Positions 58,893 through 64,000 of a stretch of DNA of 64,000 bases are shown here, piece by piece. The DNA is taken from the NCBI GenBank assembly GCA_016204695.1, contig JACQKD010000001.1, positions 4,976-68,975 on the forward strand, in the 5' to 3' direction. The notes beneath the pieces are model-generated. The model ran no database searches, had not been told where the DNA came from, and saw only the letters and a program-made list of their open reading frames with translations. The stretch's first letter is position 1; every line of letters starts with the position of its first letter. A program made the position numbers and the translations under genes. Origin of the DNA: Candidatus Kaiserbacteria bacterium (GTDB lineage Bacteria > Patescibacteriota > Minisyncoccia > Phycocordibacterales > UBA918).

Positions 58893-60647
58893 ATGAGCAC
58901 TCCCGTCGAACAAATCAAAGAACGGCTCGACATCGTGGAGGTGATCGGCGGATATGTGCAGTTGCAGAAAGCCGGTCGTCATTTCAAGGGCAAGTCGCCC
59001 TTCACGAACGAGAAAACGCCTTCCTTTTTCGTCTCGCAGGAGCGCGGCATGTATTACTGTTTTTCTTCCGGCAAAGGGGGGGACATGTTCACGTTTATTC
59101 AGGAAATGGAAGGGGTGGACTTCCGGGGCGCGCTCAAGATCCTCGCCGAGCGGGCGCATGTTGATCTTGTTCCGCAGGATCCGAAAAAACGCAACGAAGA
59201 AGAGACGCTCTATGCTTTGCTTGACGCCGCCACGTCGTACTTTGAAACGTCTCTCAAAGAACACGAAAAGATCCGCGCGTATCTACGCAAGCGCGGGGTG
59301 AGCGATGCGTCCATCGCGAAATGGCGGATCGGATACGCGCCGGACGGGTGGCGCAATCTCAAGGATCATCTGTCCGGGCGGGGTTTCACCGACGCCATGA
59401 TGCTTCGATCGGGTCTCACCAAGCGGCAGGCCGAAGGAGGCAACTCGCTCTACGACGTATTCCGCGACCGCGTGATGTTTCCCATTGCCGATCCGGCAGG
59501 ACGCATCGTCGCGTTTTCCGGCCGCGCGATGTCCGCCGATCCTGCGCTTCCGAAGTATGTCAACTCCCCGGAGACGGAATTGTATGAAAAGTCTCGCATT
59601 CTCTTCGGCTACCATATCGCCAAGCGCAGTATCCGCCAGAGCAATTTCTCGCTCATCGTCGAAGGGCAGTTTGATCTCGTCCTTTCGCATCAAGCGGGAT
59701 TCAGTAACACGGTTGCGCTCTCCGGCACGGCGCTCTCACTGCATCACACCGCGCTCTTGGAGCGGCTGTCGTCTCGCGTCGTACTCGCGCTCGACGCCGA
59801 CCGGGCGGGGATCAATTCCGTTCGCCGCTCGGCGGAGATCATGCTTGCTCGCGGCATGGACGTGAAAGTGGCCGTACTGCCGATGGGTAAGGATCCCGCC
59901 GACATGGTTGCCGAGGATCCGGCTCTTCTCAAGGCCGCCATACGCGGCGCGGTCACCGTCGTTGAGTTTCTCATACGGATTTTGAAAGACAATACTCGAG
60001 ACGAACGCGCCTTTCGCCTGCGGGTGCGAGACGAAGTTCTGCCTCTTGTCGTGCGCATTCCGAGCAGTATCGATCGTGAACACTTCGAGCAAATAATCAG
60101 TGAAGCGCTATCGGTGACGCCTGATTCCGTACATGCGGAGGTGGAGCGGATCGCACAGATCGATCGGAATGCGCCGGCAAGCCGCACGAGATCGGAGGTC
60201 GGCACTCCGCCGTTACCGGCGGTCGTACGATCTAAAGAGCCGGAGGAATATCGAACGGACGAATTGATCCGGTTTCTCTACGGCATCATTATATGGCAGG
60301 AGACCGGCGACAAGACCGGTTTCGATGCCGCTGTGATATCTGCGGCATTGGAACAAGCGGTCGGGGAAACGATATGGAACCAACTGGTCGCTCTTGAGGA
60401 AAAAGATAAAAACAAACTTATCTTTGAGGCGGAAGTGTACGGAGCGGAACTTTCCCTGTCGGAGCTCCTTGAGCGGTCTCACGAATATCTCAAGGAGATA
60501 GAAGTCAGGATACTCAAGCACAGATTGACGGATGCCCGGGAAAAGCTCCGGCAGGCCGAATCAACGCGGGATGACGTACAGATGGCGGCGGCGCTTGAAG
60601 AATGCGCCTCGCTACAGAGGCGTTTGAGCGCGCTGGGAGACGCATAG
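58893..60647 (+). CDS. dnaG: DNA primase
   Basis: [31 protein letters not shown] and D.D.AG motifs. Confidence 0.95.
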   Translation: MSTPVEQIKERLDIVEVIGGYVQLQKAGRHFKGKSPFTNEKTPSFFVSQERGMYYCFSSGKGGDMFTFIQEMEGVDFRGALKILAERAHVDLVPQDPKKRNEEETLYALLDAATSYFETSLKEHEKIRAYLRKRGVSDASIAKWRIGYAPDGWRNLKDHLSGRGFTDAMMLRSGLTKRQAEGGNSLYDVFRDRVMFPIADPAGRIVAFSGRAMSADPALPKYVNSPETELYEKSRILFGYHIAKRSIRQSNFSLIVEGQFDLVLSHQAGFSNTVALSGTALSLHHTALLERLSSRVVLALDADRAGINSVRRSAEIMLARGMDVKVAVLPMGKDPADMVAEDPALLKAAIRGAVTVVEFLIRILKDNTRDERAFRLRVRDEVLPLVVRIPSSIDREHFEQIISEALSVTPDSVHAEVERIAQIDRNAPASRTRSEVGTPPLPAVVRSKEPEEYRTDELIRFLYGIIIWQETGDKTGFDAAVISAALEQAVGETIWNQLVALEEKDKNKLIFEAEVYGAELSLSELLERSHEYLKEIEVRILKHRLTDAREKLRQAESTRDDVQMAAALEECASLQRRLSALGDA

Positions 60648-60691
60648 AACAATTGGATTATCCGTTATTCTTCTGTATAGTGAACGGCAAT

Positions 60692-62062
60692 ATGGCAAAA
60701 ATTTCTAAAACAAAGTCGGTCAAAAAACGGGCGCCTGCCAAAAAGACGGCCAAGGCGAGGGGTGCCGGGGCGTCGAAAAAGCTCCGAAAGAAGTCGGGGC
60801 GGACTCCCAAGGTTGCCGGTAAGCGCACAGTATCGCTTCGGAAGAAGCCGTCGGCAAGAACGGCCAAAAGAGTCCGTGCCGGCAAAAAAGTCGTCCGGAA
60901 ATCGTCTCCCGTCAAAGGACGTGCTTCAAAAGGGACGAGTCAACAAAAACGTCCGGCAAAGCTCCGCCAGCTGGCGGATCGCAAGCGCGTATCGCCTGCG
61001 GATGAAGCGAAGGCGTTCGAACTGATCGAGAAGGGCCGCACTCGCGGATATGTCACCTACGATGAGATATTGAGGTCTTTCCCGACCATCGAAAATAATG
61101 TCGTTTTTCTCGAAGAACTCTATGAGCGGCTCGCAACCGCCAGTATCGACGTGCTTGAAAGCGGCGGCATGCTCGGCGAGGATATGGGGGAAGAATTGCT
61201 TGATCGCCGCAATATCTACCGCCGCAGTGACAGCGGGTATGATTCGATCCAGATGTATCTGCGCGAGATCGGACAGTACCCGCTCCTGAATGCCGCACAA
61301 GAGCGCGACTTCGCCAAGCGCATCGTCGACGGCGACACCGAGGCGCGCAATCTGCTCGCTCGCGCCAATCTCCGCCTTGTGGTGTCTATTGCGAAAAAAT
61401 ATGCCGGACGAAGTCCCGACTTGACCCTGCTCGATCTCATTCAAGAGGGCAATCTTGGGCTTTTTAAAGCAGTCGACAAGTTCGACTATACGAAGGGATA
61501 CAAGTTTTCAACATACGCGACATGGTGGATCCGTCAGGCGATCACGCGCGCGCTCGCCGACCAGTCGCGCACCATCCGCATTCCCGTGCACATGGTCGAG
61601 ACGATGGCTAAATACAAGCAAGTTTCACGCCGTCTCGCACAGGACCTCGGCCGTGACCCGATGCCGGAGGAGATCGCCACCGAAATGGGTATCGAAGTCG
61701 AAAAGGTCTACCAGATCGAAAAAATCAGCCAGGACACCATCTCGCTCGAACTTCCGATCGGAGATGACGACGACCGCTCCCGCCTCTCGGACTTTATCGC
61801 CGACGACAAGATTCTCGCGCCCGATCAAGAAGTCGCCCATCGCATCCTTGCCGACCAGGTGCAGGAGATTCTCGACACGCTCTCGGACAAAGAGCGCAAG
61901 ATTCTCGAAATGCGCCACGGACTCACCGACGGCATGTACCACACACTCGAAGAAGTGGGACAAGAGTTCGGCGTTACTCGCGAGCGCATCCGCCAGATCG
62001 AAGCCAAAGCTCTCGAAAAAATCCGCCTCCACGACAAAGCCCGCCGCCTGAAGTCGTATTAA
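60692..62062 (+). CDS. rpoD: Primary sigma factor with a long K/R/A-rich N-terminal extension
   Basis: [30 protein letters not shown] and TRERIRQIE motifs. Confidence 0.96.
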   Translation: MAKISKTKSVKKRAPAKKTAKARGAGASKKLRKKSGRTPKVAGKRTVSLRKKPSARTAKRVRAGKKVVRKSSPVKGRASKGTSQQKRPAKLRQLADRKRVSPADEAKAFELIEKGRTRGYVTYDEILRSFPTIENNVVFLEELYERLATASIDVLESGGMLGEDMGEELLDRRNIYRRSDSGYDSIQMYLREIGQYPLLNAAQERDFAKRIVDGDTEARNLLARANLRLVVSIAKKYAGRSPDLTLLDLIQEGNLGLFKAVDKFDYTKGYKFSTYATWWIRQAITRALADQSRTIRIPVHMVETMAKYKQVSRRLAQDLGRDPMPEEIATEMGIEVEKVYQIEKISQDTISLELPIGDDDDRSRLSDFIADDKILAPDQEVAHRILADQVQEILDTLSDKERKILEMRHGLTDGMYHTLEEVGQEFGVTRERIRQIEAKALEKIRLHDKARRLKSY

Positions 62063-62135
62063 TTTCAATAAATTGCTCTAATCCCCACAGCGCCGTTGCT
62101 ACACCCGGCGTATGTTGTATGATATGTAATAGGTA

Positions 62136-62164
62136 TTGACAGCATCGTGATAGAATGCTACAAT
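62136..62164 (+). promoter_or_regulatory. Near-consensus sigma70 promoter antisense to the tRNA
   Basis: TTGACA-N17-TACAAT with a TG extended -10. Confidence 0.6.
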
Positions 62165-62190
62165 ACATAAAGTTTAGAGGGTCAAGTCTG

Positions 62191-62278
62191 TGCGGGGAAC
62201 GGGATTCGAACCCGTAAATAATCCGCCAGGATTTGTAGTTTTCAAGACTACTGCGTATTCCAGTTCCGCCATCCCCGC
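62191..62278 (-). tRNA. Class II tRNA with anticodon TGA (Ser) and a Leu-like body
   Basis: Acceptor GCGGGGA/TCCCCGC plus A73, D-arm GCG-GAACTGGAATA-CGC, anticodon arm GTAGT-CTTGAAA-ACTAC, variable arm AATCC/GGATT, T-arm ACGGG-TTCGAAT-CCCGT; CCA not encoded. Confidence 0.88.
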
Positions 62279-62311
62279 ATGGATCTGACTCCCTAAAGTT
62301 AAAAAAGAACA

Positions 62312-62671
62312 CTAAGAACCCCCTGCGTCGCTTGATGTGGGGGGTTCTGTTTGCGAAGCAGCACGGTATGCACCGCGTCCAATATTTACGACTTGATGGT
62401 TTGACCTAAGGTAAGAGAGAATGCCGCCAACTTTCTTCCGAGAAATCTCGGGTTGTATACGCCGCATGTGGTTAAGTACATCTTCCGCGGTTATACCCGT
62501 GGGCCCTGCATTTAGAATTACCTTTAAGACCTCTGAAGGATACGAAAAGCCCGGCGGTAATTTGATCTCTGCCTCTGGCGAGACAATTTCACGCAGACGA
62601 GCTTCAATTCGCTTCTTTTCTTCAAGAAGAGTTTCTATCTCCTTAAGCTTTTCGTCAGGTGACTTTGCCAT
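62312..62671 (-). CDS. Small coiled-coil plus winged-helix-like DNA-binding protein
   Basis: Pattern VLKVI...GITAEDV...ILSYL....V.NIGRGAYR. Confidence 0.6.
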   Translation of the reverse strand: MAKSPDEKLKEIETLLEEKKRIEARLREIVSPEAEIKLPPGFSYPSEVLKVILNAGPTGITAEDVLNHMRRIQPEISRKKVGGILSYLRSNHQVVNIGRGAYRAASQTEPPTSSDAGGS

Positions 62672-62807
62672 TACGACACATGCTAGCGTAGTTGGCCTAG
62701 TATGTCAAGTAAGTTTCCAAGAAAACCAATTTTGCCGACATCAAGGGGTTGTACTTTTATGATTCTTATGGTGCTTCTGTCGTTACTAATTTTGCTATAC
62801 TCCTGTG

Positions 62808-62954
62808 ATGGCCGAAAAGGAATCCCATAAAGAAGTACAAAAGGCCTTTGACGAGGCGTATGGGCGGCTGAATGAGGCGCAGAGGAAGGCGGTGGATATC
62901 ATCGAGGGGTGTAAGTCACGCCTCCTCTGGACATTTCATACAAAAAACGTATAA
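62808..62954 (+). pseudogene. Truncated, diverged copy of the uvrD/pcrA 5' end
   Basis: MAEK...AFDEAY..LNEAQRKAVDIIEG matches the N-terminus at 63660, then loses similarity; has the same GCTATACT-N6-ATG. Confidence 0.85.
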
Positions 62955-62963
62955 TATGAATAT

Positions 62964-63269
62964 ATGAAAACACAACTTACACGAGATAGGAAAGAGCCGA
63001 CACCTGTCGTCAAGCTCGGTGCGAGCGGGCAGATGGTGATTCCAAAGAAGCTCTCAACGGCGCTTGGCTTGAGAGGGGGGGATTACCTCAATGTTGAATT
63101 GTACCGAGGCAATCGTTTGTTGGTGACCCCAAAAGTACTCGTCGATCGGCATCCCGAAATTGACCGGCGTCTTGCCGAGGCGGAGGAGGATGTGCGCGCC
63201 GGACGCATGAGCGGGCCATTTGATACTATTGACGAACTCAAGCGACATCTCGACTCCGTGAAGCTATGA
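62964..63269 (+). CDS. AbrB/MazE/SpoVT-domain antitoxin
   Basis: KLGASGQMVIPKK...LGL..GD motif and a C-terminal AEEDVRAGR.SGPF. Confidence 0.85.
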   Translation: MKTQLTRDRKEPTPVVKLGASGQMVIPKKLSTALGLRGGDYLNVELYRGNRLLVTPKVLVDRHPEIDRRLAEAEEDVRAGRMSGPFDTIDELKRHLDSVKL

Positions 63270-63508
63270 TGCGGACGCACGCGACCAGCCGCTTTGACCA
63301 CTCGTACGCCAAAGCACCGCGTGCCATCAAACAGGCATTCCTTAAGCAGGCGGCGTTTCTTGTCCGAGACATCCGTCACCCGTCGTTGCGGGCAAAAAGA
63401 TATGACAATATTCGCTGGCAAGCCCGCGTGACAAGAGATTGGCGTTTTTACTTTAGGATTGAGAAAGACATATATATTTTGCTCGATATCATCCGCCATC
63501 CGAAATAA
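63266..63508 (+). CDS. RelE/ParE-superfamily toxin
   Basis: ATGA-coupled to the antitoxin; T.RF..SY, HPSLR, WQARV..DWRFYF and HPK motifs. Confidence 0.8.
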   Translation: MMRTHATSRFDHSYAKAPRAIKQAFLKQAAFLVRDIRHPSLRAKRYDNIRWQARVTRDWRFYFRIEKDIYILLDIIRHPK

Positions 63509-63514
63509 TCAATT

Positions 63515-63715
63515 ATGAGAAAACGTCTGAAGGCAAAACATCATTCGTGTTCGCTTTGCAAGCCGCGTAAAACAGGCCGTTCCTGTCGTTGGTCCAATCG
63601 ACAATTGGAATATTTGCGTAATTGGGAGACAGAGAGGCGTACTCTGCTATACTCTGCTGATGGCGGAAAAAGGAATCAAACAGGGGTCGGCGGGCGCATT
63701 CGAGGAGGCGTATAA
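63515..63715 (+). CDS. Small basic CxxC protein (3' end overlaps uvrD)
   Basis: MRKRLKAKHHSCSLCKPRK; starts 6 nt after the toxin stop. Confidence 0.45.
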   Translation: MRKRLKAKHHSCSLCKPRKTGRSCRWSNRQLEYLRNWETERRTLLYSADGGKRNQTGVGGRIRGGV

Positions 63716-64000
63716 ACATCTTAACGAGGCGCAGAGGAAAGCCGTGGATACTGTGGAGGGACCGGTGATGGTGATTGCGGGGCCGGGGACGGGGAAGACG
63801 CAGATATTGGCGCTTCGGATCGCGAACATTTTGAAACGGACGGACGCCTCGCCTACCTCCATACTCGCGCTGACCTTCACCGAGTCCGGTGTCGCATCCA
63901 TGACTGCAAGGCTCGTATCGCTTATCGGCGAGGCGGGGTATCGCGTGCGCGTGCATACGTTCCATGGATTTTGCAATGAGATCATTCGGCTGTATCCGGA
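63660..64000 (+). CDS. UvrD/PcrA-family helicase (3'-truncated by window edge)
   Basis: LNEAQRKAV, VIAGPGTGKT, ILALTFT and TFHGFC motifs. Confidence 0.93.
   Translation, partial: MAEKGIKQGSAGAFEEAYKHLNEAQRKAVDTVEGPVMVIAGPGTGKTQILALRIANILKRTDASPTSILALTFTESGVASMTARLVSLIGEAGYRVRVHTFHGFCNEIIRLYP

Noticed and set aside
61508-61510. Genome-wide UCA Ser-to-Leu reassignment implied by the odd tRNA
   Set aside because: TCA encodes the conserved Ser of the sigma-70 KFSTYA motif, so the standard code holds.

Overview
Chromosomal window from a reduced-genome bacterium, most likely Patescibacteria (CPR, Parcubacteria-like). This is inferred from short PheS/PheT, a hinge-less SMC, a NusB-Nudix fusion, split transketolase, several type IV pilin-like genes and an S74-chaperone surface protein. 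Most of the window is housekeeping: gap, rpiB, rpe, tkt, pfkB-like kinase, rplY, rpmE, prfA, rpsB, tsf, pheST, gyrB, thrS, dnaE, rnhB, rpmF, nusB, rnc, smc, rnr, rpsP, khpA, trmD, rpoBC, dnaG, rpoD and the start of uvrD/pcrA. Small accessory modules sit between these genes. The most notable signals are: (1) a ~120-nt multi-hairpin element in two covarying copies, one of which splits the start of a ParE/RelE toxin; (2) a tRNA with a leucine-type body and a serine (UGA) anticodon, opposed by a near-consensus antisense promoter; (3) a Thr-rich leader peptide and complete attenuator upstream of thrS; (4) two integrase-free cargo islets bounded by diverged duplicates of core-gene ends (smc 3' end, uvrD 5' end), one carrying an unannotated 10-Cys metallothionein-like peptide; (5) a sortase next to a repeat surface protein with an internal VPYTG signal and a long predicted cytoplasmic tail; (6) widespread leaderless-type promoters on core genes versus Shine-Dalgarno-led solitary ORFans. 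No CRISPR array, rRNA, integrase or transposase is visible. All calls come from reading the sequence; no searches were run.
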